Both the position numbers and the translations under genes were made by a program. Shown one piece after another: positions 1-12,810 of a stretch of 64,000 bases of DNA (position 1 is its first letter; each line of letters opens with the position of its first letter). Source of the DNA: Vicugna vicugna (Eukaryota); contig MU058213.1 of assembly GCA_013265495.1 (NCBI GenBank), positions 2,232,001 through 2,296,000 on the forward strand, read 5' to 3'. The notes beneath the pieces were generated by a model, which made no database searches, was not told the origin of the DNA, and saw only the letters and a program-made list of their open reading frames with translations.

Positions 1-1377
1 TGGTGATTTCCTTATTGTACTAGGAGTATTGCTTTAAAGTTTACAATACAGATTTCCAAGTTCCAGAGATTCATGAAAGGGTGTTCTGTTAAAATCTCTG
101 CTGGCTAGGTTTTTATTTGTTTGCTTAGGCTAACGCCGTTGTTCATGTACTTTCTGCAAGTTCAAATAGAGAGATATATTCTATAGAAACTATGACTCAT
201 TTGAGAACTTTCTATGTGGAATAAAATAAAGAAACTCTGAACTCTGGTGTAAGATACAGCAAAGGATAGCCTGATCAATTGTTATTAATTAGGTTAGAAT
301 TGGAGATGCCAGGACCTGAAATAGATGTACCCACTGGGGTGATGCAGGCTCTGGGATAAATGTCAATAGCAAATGAAGAGAGAAAGTGCAGTACAGCAGA
401 AGAAAATCTGCTACTTGGAAAGTATACCTGAAACTACAGATGACTTCTTGGGCATTTAAGAGTCTAAGTCTGGGTATCAGTTGGGGTGTTAGAGAACAGC
501 CAGGAACAAGGAGAATCAGGGGCTGGAAGTGGGCAGGAACTTTCTTCCAGGAAGGCTTTTTCTTGATTGGCCTTTGGTTACCTGACTAGGGACTAGGAAA
601 GGCTCTAAATATCCCAGAATAGGAACTATTGAGAGGAAAGCAAATCCCAGAGGGATTGCTAAACTAGATGGCTCATGCAGAGAGTGAGCTAGGTGCCTGA
701 ACTGGGGCACATGGTCAGGAGTCAGTCTCTAATATAGGTTAAAAAAAACTTGATAGTTCCACTGACATCCAAGAACTGAGCCCAGTTTGCAGACAGAATG
801 ACTTGATGACAAGTCTCAGGTTGTTGGGATACCCTGACTCCACATGGAAAGATTCCTCCTGATAAGGTGTTTGTTGAGGTTGCCTCCACAGACTACAAGA
901 CCAAAAAGAACTAAATGCATTAATGGACTTCTTCCAACTTATGGTATGCCTTTTCTTCTTCTTTTTAAAGAAAAATATATTATGGAATCTTGTCCACTAC
1001 CTCATGCATTAAACTTCACTCATGCTGGGTCTCAGCTAACTTCCAAAAATAAAAGAAACCCTCAGAGGGTAAAAATTACTAACATTCAGCAGATTCCACC
1101 AACTGTGATATGACTCTGTAAGCAATTAAAGGGTCCCAAAGATACTTTGAGCAATGCCACTTTATTTAGAATAAGTGTATCTGTCCCTGCTCCCTCCTGC
1201 CATCTTCACTGCCTCCAGCTTATCCCTTACTTCTGTGCCAGTGCAACCATTTGAAAAGGATAGTACTCATTTTGAAGTAGGAAACTTGATATTTGTGTGG
1301 ACATTTTTGTAATATAGCATTGACCCACACAAACACACTCACATTAATATTTTTAAGAACTCTGTAAGGCAGGTAGC

Positions 1378-1635
1378 TTAATAATGGATAACATTTATTG
1401 AGGACTTTGTTATGTGCCAGACACTGTTCTAAATATTTTACTCTATATTAAGTCATATAATCCTCATAATAACCCTATGAGATGGGTAGTATTATTATCT
1501 CCATTTTATAAGAAACAGAGACACTAATTTAACTAAGAAGAAGGTTTAAAAGAAGAAGAAGAAGAAGATGTGGCAGAACCAGGATTTAGAATTAGGCGTT
1601 TCTTTTCCAGCTTCTATGTGCTTACTCACTGCTGC
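1378..1635 (-). mobile_element. MIR SINE with short internal GAA repeat
   Basis: Antisense MIR hallmarks: acatttattgagg..tgtgccagacactgttct, aatcctcataataaccctatgagatggg, tattatctccatttta, tggcagaaccaggatttaga. Confidence 0.85.
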
Positions 1636-2659
1636 CTAGTTTAGGATTTCAGAAATGAAGTCCTGGTATTCAGCTTTATCAGATGGAGACCTAAGGTGGA
1701 AAAATGTTGACTTACCTGACAACACAGATTTGTCAGCAGAGTTACAAATACAAGCTGTTCTCCCAAATCATAAGCCAGCACTCAAGCTATCAGACCATCC
1801 TTCCATTTCACATGATGTTATTACAGGCAATATGATTATCCAGCTATCCTTTCTGTGTAACTTGTGGTAAAAGAAACTGTTGCCCGCATATAATAGTGTC
1901 AACAAGAAATGACAGATTGAAATGATCTTATTTCCCAGAGATGTAGGCTAAGCTGCCCCTTTTCTTAATGTCTTTTCTGACGCTTAATGATGTCTTGTGG
2001 AAAGACCATGTCTTTAGTTTTCTATTTCTGTTCTTTAGTGATTAGAGTTAGACACATACTCTCATAGGTGTGCACACACAGAAAATGTGAATTCACTTGA
2101 TATTAGCAGAGTGGTGTTTTACTGTCTGTAGAGAATCAGTAGGAAAATTCCTGTATTGATCAACATTCCCTTTTCATTTTCTGAGCATACAAAGCAATTT
2201 TAATAAAAGTTTTTTAGAATTAACTATCATATATATGTAATCCTCATAAAACACTGATGAGATTGCCAACCTCTCCAAGTCTCTGTTCCCTCCAGGAAAT
2301 TAGTAGTAGTTATGTAGATTGTAAAACTGGTGAGTGATGGGACCAGTATCAACCCCAGGACTTCTGAATGTTACTCTGGTCCTCTTTGCACAGCAACATG
2401 CTCTCAGTTACTTGTGTACACTTATGCATCTTTCTTCTGGACTTAAAACACCTGATCTGTAATACAAACTTCTGGGGCTGTGCCAAGGGTATTTCTCTGC
2501 TGATTCTTAAAGCTAGTATTTCTCAGATTTTAGAATGCATGAGGATCACTTGGGAGCACTTGGTTAAAAAAGATAAACTTCTTGATCAGATCTTCAGTTA
2601 ATTTCAATGCAGGATGATTCATGGATCACATTAAGAAATGCTTAAATAGTTAATAATAG

Positions 2660-3960
2660 ATCCTAAGTGTTCTTTTGTTTTTTACTCCTTCTTGAGTGAT
2701 TTCATATGCTCCCTTGGCTTGAACTATCATTTTTGTGCTGATCTTTCCGAATCAGTGTCTTTGGGCTAACTCACCCTTCCCTAACCTAGACTATTATGTA
2801 CACTTTTTCATTGGTCATTAATTCATCCACTAGTTCACTCATTCTTTAGTAAATATCTAATTGCCTGGCTGGGCATCTGGGATAGAGTAGTGACAGATTT
2901 TATTTGGTCTTTGTCTTTATTAAGTGGTTGAGATGAATTTCAATTTTAAAGATATACAAATGCATCATTTTTAACTTTGCTAACTGCTGGAGAAGGAAGT
3001 ACAAAGGGTTAAAAAAGTATATTATCATTTGAAGGTTAGAGAAGACTTACCAGAGGAAATGACATTTGATCTGAAGTCAGAAGAATGAATACATTGAACT
3101 AGGCTAAGGGAAAGGAAAAAGCATTCCAGGCAGAGGAAGTGGGATGGACCAGGATCTTAAGGCAGAAAGTGATATGACAAATTTGAGAAACTTAAAGAAA
3201 GCATGGTGGGGCTGGAATTCATCAGGTGAGGCAGAGAATGGTAGGAGACAAATCTGGTGTAGCATTCATTAACCAGATTTTTCTGAGTCTTGTGGATCAG
3301 TTGGGAATTTGTTTTTTTTCTCCAAGTTACCACGGAAATCCATTGAAAGGGATTGGCCATAATGAATTATAGAACTTCATTCACATGGGATATTCTGTTA
3401 TGGCTCCAATTTATCATGCCTGACACCAAACTCTTTTCTTCCTCTGTCTCCTAATCCTGCTCCTCCTCCTGGGTTTCCTATCTCAATGAAGGGCACCACA
3501 ATTCCCCTGTTTGCTAAGGTCAGAGAGTCATCCTTCTTGGATCCTTCCTCATCACACTCTAGTGGACCTTTGTCTCATTTGGGGCTACCCAGCATCTGTA
3601 TTCATTTCTTAACAATGTCGTTGGGTGTGTGAGCCCTTGGAGGGAAGTGGTACCCTGTGTCCTGCTGCAGAAGCTGGAGGTTGCTGGAAAGTCCTTCTCC
3701 CTGGCTTGAGCACAGAACTTCAGACTTGGCTAATTGAAAGCTTCTGCTAAGGACTTTGAATTTGAATCTGTCATTTAACAAGCCCTGACAATTTTACCAC
3801 CTAGTTCTCAACAACAGCAAATTCTCTCCATCTCCTTATTTCTACTGTACTTCTAGCAACCATCATGTCTTACCTGGACTATTTCTATCCTAACTAGTCT
3901 TCTTGTCTCTTTGCTCTGATTCCTCCTGTTGCCCTTACAGTCTGTCACCTCTCTGCATCC
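2660..3960 (+). mobile_element. Fragmented L2 LINE interrupted by an opposite-strand L2 and a probable MaLR fragment (~3560-3790)
   Basis: L2-like text at 2690-2810 resumes at ~3372 (..tttcctatctcaatgaagggcaccacaatt..) and ~3800 (..accatcatgtcttacctggacta..cctaactagtct). Confidence 0.65.
2815..3360 (-). mobile_element. L2 LINE 3' portion
   Basis: cattaattcatcc..tcattc..aaatat tail; agaggaaatgacatttgatctgaag; gcattccaggcagagga. Confidence 0.75.
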
Positions 3961-4145
3961 AGAGATACATACAAATCTGTGAAAAAAGAAAAGATGAAAA
4001 ACATCTTTGTAGTACTTTTAGTCCAAACAAGCAGTGGGCTCGTTATGCTGAAAATGCCTGGGCATTTTCTGGGCAGTAAGCTCCTGGGTGTCAGAGGCTG
4101 TGTCGCCTACCCTGGCACCTCTCAGTGTCCAGCAGTGACCCACAA

Positions 4146-4280
4146 TGAGGCAGCTGTGCAGAGTGGTTAACAGTGGGCTCCAGCGTCAGCCTCCAAGTTG
4201 CATAATCCTAGGCAAGTTGTTTAATGTCTCTGTGGCTCCATTTCCTCACTGACAAAATACAAAGAATAGTAGTATCTTTG
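4146..4280 (+). mobile_element. MIR SINE (internally deleted)
   Basis: gaggcagc..agtggttaa; ggcaagttgtttaatgtctctgtggctccatttcctca core. Confidence 0.75.
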
Positions 4281-5189
4281 TATAATAAAAATAAAATAAA
4301 TAAAAATAAGATAGGCTTTCAGCCAAACCAGTAACTAATCAGTAGGGAGCCAACATGAGTAAAAAGTGTTAAGATTTCATCCTTTGATCTTAAACTATTT
4401 CTGAGAAATTTGAGCCAGAAGTCAAATGCTGCAGTTACCTTCCTGTATATGTCTTAACTGAACTAACCCATCGAGAATGCATTTGGGGAAGTGATCAATT
4501 ATGTAATTAGTTTTGTGGTCTGAATCCTTGAAAGACCGGGCAGAGGCAACTTGGCACGAAGTGCTCGATGCAGTATTAATAACTACAGTTATTGATGTTT
4601 TCATGAAACACAAAAACGTGCAACTGCTTGAATTCTCTGCCTTGTTAACTACTTTGCCTCAGGGCGTTTGCAACATAGAGAATCAGGTATATCCATCAGC
4701 ATTTATTGAGTGCAAAAAGTGTGGTAAGCTCTGGACTAGGGCCATGGGAAGGGAGAAAACACAAGACGCAAAGACATGGATTCTCTCTTTAATAAGATTA
4801 CAGTCTAGTTCGGGGTCAATTCAGAATTATTTCTTGAGCTCACTGCTGTAAGAAGTGTTGTGGCTTATAATAAAATATAATTATTCAATTGTTTATTATA
4901 AAAATATTTTTTAGCACTTACCTGAATGTATGCTGTGGAGGACATCATAATTATAATTAGATAAGAAGACACAAAAAAGAATTAAATCACTGGGTGACTA
5001 ATGACAATGACTAATTATTAATTAAGGACCATTTAATGTGTAGCTGTTAATGATTATTACTAATAAGCTTAGAAGATAAAAAGGGGTCATCACATTAAAG
5101 ATAGCAACTAACATTTATTCATCTCAAACTCTGTGACAGAAGTGAGTACTCTGCATGCATTTTTTCAACTTTAAGTCTCCACACACCGT

Positions 5190-5646
5190 CAGCAGTACTG
5201 CAAATGTCTCTGAAACTCCACATCACCCAACTGAGTCTGCCTCTGATTTCAGCTGCAGCTGTCATGGACCTCAGCATGGGAGCTCAGCCTCATCTTTCAC
5301 TGACAGCCGCCCACCTCCAGCAGGTGCCTTCACTCTCTTAAATTCCTGCTTCGGAGTCTCCCTGATGTTCAGGGATTATCAGCATCCCTCAAGCAAGGGT
5401 GTTCAGTGGTTATTAGATAAAAGCTTCAGCCTTATGCCCTTCAGTTGACCACAGCTCCTGAGGTCCGAGCTGAGTCACGTCCCTACTATCTGCATCAGCA
5501 TCCTTAGGGATGCACCCTTGAAAGGGCTTGTCCTCCTGTGCCTCATTTTCCCTACTTCTCATTCCTGCTTCCAGGACCACCTCCCAAGAAAACTTACCCT
5601 CTTGTCCTTGTCCAGGATCTACTTCTGGGGGAACCCAAACTAAGAC
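5190..5646 (+). mobile_element. ERVL solo LTR (LTR16/LTR33-like)
   Basis: Characteristic 3' end: accacctcccaagaaaactt..cttctgggggaacccaaactaagac. Confidence 0.65.
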
Positions 5647-6630
5647 CCGAGGGCATGACAATAAGTGTCCTCATTTTACCGATGAAATAAGAGAGCCTTA
5701 AACCATCAAGCTGAGTGTCATTTACCTCGCTGACTCACCTTCAGCAGAACCAGGGTTCGAATACCTGCTCTTAATTACTGCATTACTTCTCGAGAGCAGT
5801 ATGAAGGAAAAAGGCTAAAGTCATTGCAAGCAGAATGCCTAGGTTTGAGAGACTTTAGAAATGATCTCAGACACTGGGGTGAAATGGGTTAGAAATTATT
5901 ATTAATGACAGTAGTAAGTGACCACACACACTTCTGTATATGTTGAAAAATATCAGGGCACAATTGTGTAGAAGTGAATGGGGCTTCCATGCTCATTTTC
6001 TTACCCCACCAGCCCCTCACCCCCAGTCTTCTGGGCTGGCAGTGCTGTGTCTTCTGATCATTGAGTGTCCTGTGTCCCCCCGCTCCTCATCCTCCCTCCC
6101 TTCTCAACAGTGCTTGTAGAATGATCCCTACTGTAATGCATTTTCAGTTACTGAGCTGCATCTCCTGAGAGTGTTTGCATTTTTATGCCTTTCCTCTTCC
6201 GTTATACAGTGACAGGTTTTCCTGCTGATAAAGCCATTTTGGGACATAGGCAAACAGATAGGATATATATATATATATATATTGTGTGTGGGGGGGCTAG
6301 CAGAGCTTGTCCAGATATCCTGAAATCCCACCATGTTAGTAACTGAACACACATAAGGCTAGGCTTGAATGAAACCGTTCTGAAACAATTTGAAGTTTCT
6401 GCATTTTGAGGTAGAGTTAGCAGGATTGAGAGAGAGAAATGGAAAGAATCAGAGCATTATTTCTGTCCATGTATTTTGGAAGGGACCCAAGTGTGTGTTT
6501 GCCTGAGTAAATGTGCATACATGCATAATGACCTAACTGGGCAGGTAGTAAATGATTTTCATTGATGTCTTTCATAAATACTACAGAAATAAAAATCAAA
6601 TATGGTAAAGCTTTGATCTGGCTGCATACA

Positions 6631-7243
6631 TTTATTTATTTATTTATTCATTTACTTAAATTGAGGCATAGTCAGTTTATAATACTGTGTCAATTTCTGG
6701 TTTACAGCATGTTTCAGTCATATACAAACATACATACAGTCTTTTTCATATTCTTTTTCATTATAGGTTACGAGATATTGACTACAGTTCTTTGTGCTAA
6801 ACAGAAGAAACTTGTTTATCTGTTTTATATATAGTAGTTAATATCTGCAAGTCTTGAACTCCCAGTTTATCCCTTCCCCACCTACTTCTGCCCCTGGTAA
6901 CTATAAGTTTGTTTTCTATGTCTGTGAGTCTGTTTCTGTTTTGTAGATAAGTTCATCTGTGTCTTTTTTTTTTTTCAGTTTACATGTGTAAGTGATATAA
7001 TGTGGTATTTTTCTTTTTTTCTGCAGTTAGAATGATGATCTCCAGGTGTATCCATGTTTCAGCAAATGACATTATTTTTATAGCTGAGTAGTATTCCATT
7101 GTCTAAATATACCATGACTTCTTTATCCAGTCATCTGTCCATGGACATTTAGGTTGCTTCCATGTCTTGGCTATTGTAAATAGTGCTGCTATGAACATTG
7201 GGGTGCATGGATCTTTTTGAATTAGAGTTCTCTTCAGATATAT
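6631..7243 (-). mobile_element. 5'-truncated lineage-specific L1 (3' UTR plus ORF2 C-terminus)
   Basis: ORF 7103-7318 encodes ..CTPMFIAALFTIAKTWKQPKCP..; (TTTA)n tail; TSD tggctgcatacattta (6619-6634) vs tggcttcataaattta (7244-7259), 14/16. Confidence 0.95.
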
Positions 7244-7924
7244 TGGCTTCATAAATTTAACCACAGTCACAGTCAAGTTTGTTATCAAATAACATGGGCA
7301 CATTATTATTAAAATCAATTATTAAGCAAAATAAATTTTTGCATATCTCTGATAACCTTTGTCATACATTTTGTTCATCATCACCTTGCATTTGTTACAT
7401 AGGTTCTTGATTCTTACAGTCTATTGCTTAGGTAGCTCATTTTTCTGCCCCAGATTTAAAACAGTTAATGGAGTACTAATTAGAAGGATCTCCTTTTCTT
7501 ATGGAAAAGATATGACTCTATTTGTCTTCAAGAATGAGAAATATTATTAAAGTGCTGAGTGGTATTATTGAGTTGTGATTGTATTCATTTATTACCATAA
7601 TTTGATTCTGTTGGTGACTTTGATCTCTGGCATTGTTCAGTATGAGTATAAATTGTTTAGAAAGAAAAGCAGTTTGTGGGGAAGGAAGTCATTTCCATGT
7701 CAAGGTAAATCACATCAAGTTGATAAGAAAATAATCCTTTGATTACAAGACTGAATAAAAATGAGGGATGCTTGGAAATGCCCAACCTCTTGGGTTTCCC
7801 TATTGCATTGGGGGATGATAACTCAGGTTTGAAGTGTAAATAACTCTTAGCTAGTTGTTTATTTATCATAGTCACTTAGCACAAGGTGTCCAATTCTTTG
7901 AAAACCCAGATTCTCTTATTTACT

Positions 7925-7972
<48 letters not shown>
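7925..7972. repeat. (TG)8(TA)16 compound microsatellite
   Basis: Read directly; located where the poly(A) tail of the adjacent L1 is expected. Confidence 0.97.
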
Positions 7973-7976
<4 letters not shown>

Positions 7977-9765
7977 AAATCAAAATATAGTTAACTTACA
8001 ATATTATATTAGTTTCAGGTATACAAAATAGTGATTCAGTATTTTTATAGCATATACTCCATATAAAATTGTTTAAAAATATTGGCTATATTCCCGTGAT
8101 GTACAGTACATACCTGTATGTTACTTATTTCATACCTTGTAGTTTGTGCCTAGTAGTTTGTACTTAATACCCTTCACCTATCTTGCCCCTACTCTCACTC
8201 TTTTCCCCTCTGGTAACCACTAGTTTGTTTTCTGCATCTATGAGTCTGATTCTGTTTTGTTATATTCATTCATTTGTTTTATTTTTTAGATTCCCCATAT
8301 AAGTAGAAATATACAATATTTGTCTTTCTCTATCTGGCATATTTCACTAAGCATAATACCTTCCAGGTCCATCTATGTTTTTGCAAACTGGCAAAATTTC
8401 TTTCTTTTTTATGGCTGAATAATATTCCTGTGTGTGTATATGTGTGTGTGTGTCTGTCTGTCTGTCTGTCTGTCTCACATCTTTATGCATTCATTTTTTG
8501 ATAGGCATTTAGGTTGCTTCTATATCTTGGCTATTGCAAATAATGCCATTATGAACATAGGGGTGCATATATCTTTTCTAATTAGTGTTTTCATTTTCTT
8601 CAGATATATACCCAGGAGTAGAACTGCTAGATCACACGGTACTTCTGTTTTAGTTTTTGAGAAACCTCCATAATGTTTTCCATAGTGGCTGTACTAATTT
8701 ACATTCCCACCAACAGTGTACTGGTGTTTCCTTTTCTCTATATCCTCTCCAACATTTGTTGTTTGTAGACTTTTTGATGATAGCCATTCTGACAGGTATG
8801 AGGGGATATCTCCTTGTGGTTCTGATTTGCTTTCTCTGATGATTAGCAATATTGAGCATCTTTTCATGTGCCTGTTGGCCATCTGTATCTTCTTTGGAAA
8901 AATGTCTATTCAGTTCTTCTGTCCATTTTTTACTTTGACTTTTTTTGATACTGAATTATATGAACTGTTTATATATTTTGGATATTAATTCCTTACAGGT
9001 CATAAAATTTGCAGATATTTTCTCCCATTCAGTAGGTTGTCTTTTCATTATGTTGATGGTTTCCTTTGCTGAACAAAAGCTTTTAAGTTTAATTAAGTCC
9101 CATTTGTTTATTTTTGCTCTCGTTTCCCTTGCCTGAGGAGACAGATCCAAAAAAATATTGCTCAGACCTATGTCAAAGAATATTTTGCCTATGTTTTCTT
9201 TTAGGTGTTTTATGATTTCCAGTCTTACATTTAGGTATTTATTTTTTAGTTTATTTTTGTATATGGAGTGAGAAAATGTTTTAATTTCAGTCTTGTACAA
9301 TCTAGCTGTCCAGTTTTCCGAGCACCACTTGTTGGAGAGACTGCCTTTTCTCTTGTATATTCTTGCCTCCTTTGTCATAGATTAATTGATTGTCATAGAT
9401 TAATTTATTGACTATGTGTGGTGGGGTTTATTTTCTGGGCTTTCTATTTTGTTCCACTGATATATGTGTGTACTTTTTATGCCAGTACCATACTGCTTTA
9501 CTTACTGTTGCTTTATGGTATAGCTTCAAATCAGGACTGTGATACTTCTTGCTTTATTTTCTTCCTTAGGATTACTTTGGCTACTTGGGGTCTTTTGTGG
9601 TTTTATACAAATTTTAGGATGATTTATTCCAGTTCTGTAAAAAATTTTGTGGATATTTTGATAGGGATTGCATTAAATCTGTAGATTGCTTGCAGTATGG
9701 ACATTTTAACAATATTAATCCTTCCAGTCCATGAACATGGAATTATCTTTACATTTATTTGTATC
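7973..9765 (-). mobile_element. 5'-truncated L1 (~1.8 kb; ORF2 C-terminal part and 3' UTR), decayed
   Basis: ORF pieces ..KINKWDLIKLKSFCSAKETIN.. (8956-9378) and ..[21 protein letters not shown] (8650-8859); multiple frameshifts. Confidence 0.96.
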
Positions 9766-10379
9766 CAGACTCTCTCTTCTAAAATACAAGAGCAGAAAAC
9801 AAAGGGAGACTTGTATATTTAATGTGACTTTTCTTAGACTAATGGGGGTTCAGTTTGTAAGGAATATTGTAAATCATTTAGGCCAATTCTGTCATTTAAC
9901 AGTGGAGGAAAATGATGGCCTGGAGGTTAAATGTTTTGTCCAAAATCACACCGTGATTGTGCTGAAGAACTTACTAGAAACTGATGGTCCTCATGCACTG
10001 AGCTGTAAAACTACATGTTGAGTTGCAGTAAAAGGATACTGCTATTAAAATAAGTCTTCCCTTAATGATGGCATAAATACAATTAATAAGACTGCCTCAA
10101 AGCCCAATGCCTAATTTATAGGAAGAAACAAAAATGCAAAATACTCAATGAACTTCAAGTTACCAATAGTAGAGTGAAAATCTGAAAATGCAAAATATTA
10201 AAAAAAAAAAGTTAACCAAATTTTCAGTAGTAGGTTAGAGAAACATCGTTATTTTATAAATATCTTAATTTCTAATTTTCTCTATTGGGTGATAAGAAAA
10301 ATGACTCTCTTCATCACTTTTCTAACTTGATGTTATTGTCATGGAATTTTGGAGCTGGAATAGGTCATGTAGATCTTGA

Positions 10380-10560
10380 GTACAGTTGTTCACAAGCCTG
10401 GGTGCATGACAGCATCATCTGGGTGAATTTTATATTCAGAAGTTCTGGGGACTCACTCCTAAGGATTCTGATTCAGTGAGTCTGGAGCAGGACCTGGGAA
10501 TATGGACACTCAGGAAGATTCCCTAAGCTTCTGAAGACCAGCCAGAGTGGGAAACTCTCC
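10380..10560. mobile_element. MER5-type hAT-Charlie MITE
   Basis: cagttgttcacaagcctggg..gattctgattcagtgagtctggagcaggacctgggaat. Confidence 0.65.
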
Positions 10561-10828
10561 TAATCTGGTCCCCTTGTTTCACAGATGAGAAAACCTGAGA
10601 CCAGTATTATGTACCTGGGTCACTTTTTTTTTCTTCCTTTTTTTTTTTGAGCTTCTTGAGTACATGTGACCTATATGCCCTTTTACTGTTCATATTTGTG
10701 AGCTAGAAAAAGCATCCAACTTTTTTTTTTCCAATTTAGTAAGAAATGAGCCCATAGTAATATACAGAGGAGGTCATCATAGGGTCATGGAACTAACTCA
10801 CCTCCACGGGCAGTGAGAGAGATTTGAG

Positions 10829-10887
10829 AACTAGATAGAGATAGAACTAGATAGAGATAAAGATAGAACTAGCAAGAGAGAGAGAGA
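10829..10887. repeat. Imperfect tandem repeat (aactagatagagatag)n ending in (GA)n
   Basis: Read directly. Confidence 0.8.
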
Positions 10888-10929
10888 AAATAATTTAAAT
10901 GCTGCCTGTGGTTCCTCCTGTCAATGCAT

Positions 10930-11393
10930 TCAGTGATCTTTTGCACCTGAATTGACTCCTCTGGCTTGCTCTCTACTGCAGGAAGCTGACCCTGCCTGTT
11001 GTATTCAGTCTCCTTTTCTAGCAGTCTCATGGTCAAGTTTGTAGTCAGCTGGCAAAAGGAAAGGAGGTCAGGATATCTCTTCATCCTTGCCATTTCAGTG
11101 TCTTAGCTCCAGTTGTAGTTGTCTCTCCAGTTTACAGCTTCTGGAAGCTACTATAGCAGATCTAACTGGGCGCTGGGCATCGGATACACAATTACCTCTC
11201 CTTTGTCCTTAGACTTCAGTCACAGTAACCATTTCCCACTGTATCTAGTCCCTGTCTAGTCCCTGCGGACCTTACCATCCTTTTTGTGTCCTCTCAGATC
11301 AGCTCACAACTCTATCATCTGTCCCTTTCTTAAAGACATTTATTTGAACGGCGCTGGCATTAATTTTATATTCTGTGGGTAGCTAAGTTGATA
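10930..11393 (+). mobile_element. ERVL solo LTR (LTR40-like), old
   Basis: ggaggtcaggatatctct..; acctctcctttgtcc..; ttcccactgt..; ends ..gttgata. Confidence 0.5.
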
Positions 11394-12566
11394 GAAGTTG
11401 GGTAATACAAGTTTCTCTTAGTAATTCTTCATTCTTGAGTTCCTTTATGGTGTCAGTATCACCTTGAAATAAAAAGGATTTATCTTTAAGCATACAGTGA
11501 TGTGAAATTCTACTTTGCATATTTACATAATTTGCATATTACTGTACATTTTATCTTTTTAAAAAATATATTAATGTCTGAATTTGTTGACACAAAACTA
11601 CATGCACTGTACTTTGTGAGCTTTTTAAGATGGCTTAAGGCAATTTTGACTACATAGGATTTCCTCCTTAGAAACTGACTTCAGAATCTCCTTCCATGGG
11701 TAAGTGCAACTTCACTGTGTATATCATAAAAATGTTTAAAGTTGGGAGGGAGGTGTCAGGTCCCGACTTTATTTACAGAGAAATGCCTGTGTGCACTGTC
11801 ACTCAGAGGGGAATGTGGGCGCTGATTTCTGCAGGTGAAGAGAAGGTTTTCATCATCTAATGTGTCAGAGACACAAATGACAATGAATGAGAGCGTGATG
11901 CCAGGAAGCAGAGTTCAGGACAGGACTTCAAAAGCCCGAGCAGCTCACAGCGAAGTTTTACACAGAAGAAAGGTGTTAAATCACAGAGAGTGGAGTTTAC
12001 ATTCTTAGATGAAGTCATCGGCTGCCACAAAGAGATAGAAAAGATGAAAATGTGGTCATAAATTCTGCCGTCTTAAAAGGCAGGTCGGGTAGTAATACTT
12101 GAGCGATTTTGTAGGCTGGCCATCTGGGACTTGAGGTTACAAAGAATTATAGTCATGCTCAGGTCTTGCCAGCCAAACTGAGAGGGTAACCCCTTTCCTT
12201 TCCAGGGATGCTTGTCTCTAACCTACCTTCAGTCTTTTATTCATTCCCAAAGAAACTTAACAACTTAACCATTTTGTCTCTAAATGCTACATGAATAGTG
12301 TTAGAACACTTATAAAAGTCATCATGAGAAAGTCGCATATAAATTGGACAATTATTTTTTAAAGTGAACACTACATACAAAAAGTGGCCAAACTCATCTC
12401 GAGAGGTAAAAGTCAGGTAGTAGTTATTCTGTCAAATAGATAATATGCTACTATATTTCAAATGTATATAGATGCTTGTATAATTAATAAATTATATACT
12501 GATTTCAATATATAAATGAATTAAAAGCTGCTTTTGCTATAGTCAGTAGATGCTAAAATAGAAAAA

Positions 12567-12810
12567 TAATGATGGGCATGTCTTGATTGCTTACCCAATG
12601 GCAAGCACCATGCTAAGGTTTTTATATATTTTTATTTCTGCACAGTGACCAAATGAGGAAGATACTGTTGTTATCCCAGTTTTATAGCCAAGGAAGGTAG
12701 GGAATACAGAGTTCAGACTACTTGCCCAAGGCACACTACAGAGAAACTCAGAATGGAACACCTAGGTCTTTCTAACTATTAAGTGCTTTTAACCACTTCA
12801 CTGTGGTGCC
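12567..12810 (-). mobile_element. MIR SINE
   Basis: gttatcccagttttatagccaaggaa..acttgcccaaggcacac..cttttaaccact. Confidence 0.8.

Noticed and set aside
9371..9410. Short tandem duplications (ttgtcatagattaatt twice; similar cases near 11243 and 33926)
   Set aside because: Ordinary slippage duplications in decayed repeats.
11834..12008. Open frame after ttctgcag acceptor-like site
   Set aside because: Unrecognised peptide with no good donor; insufficient support.
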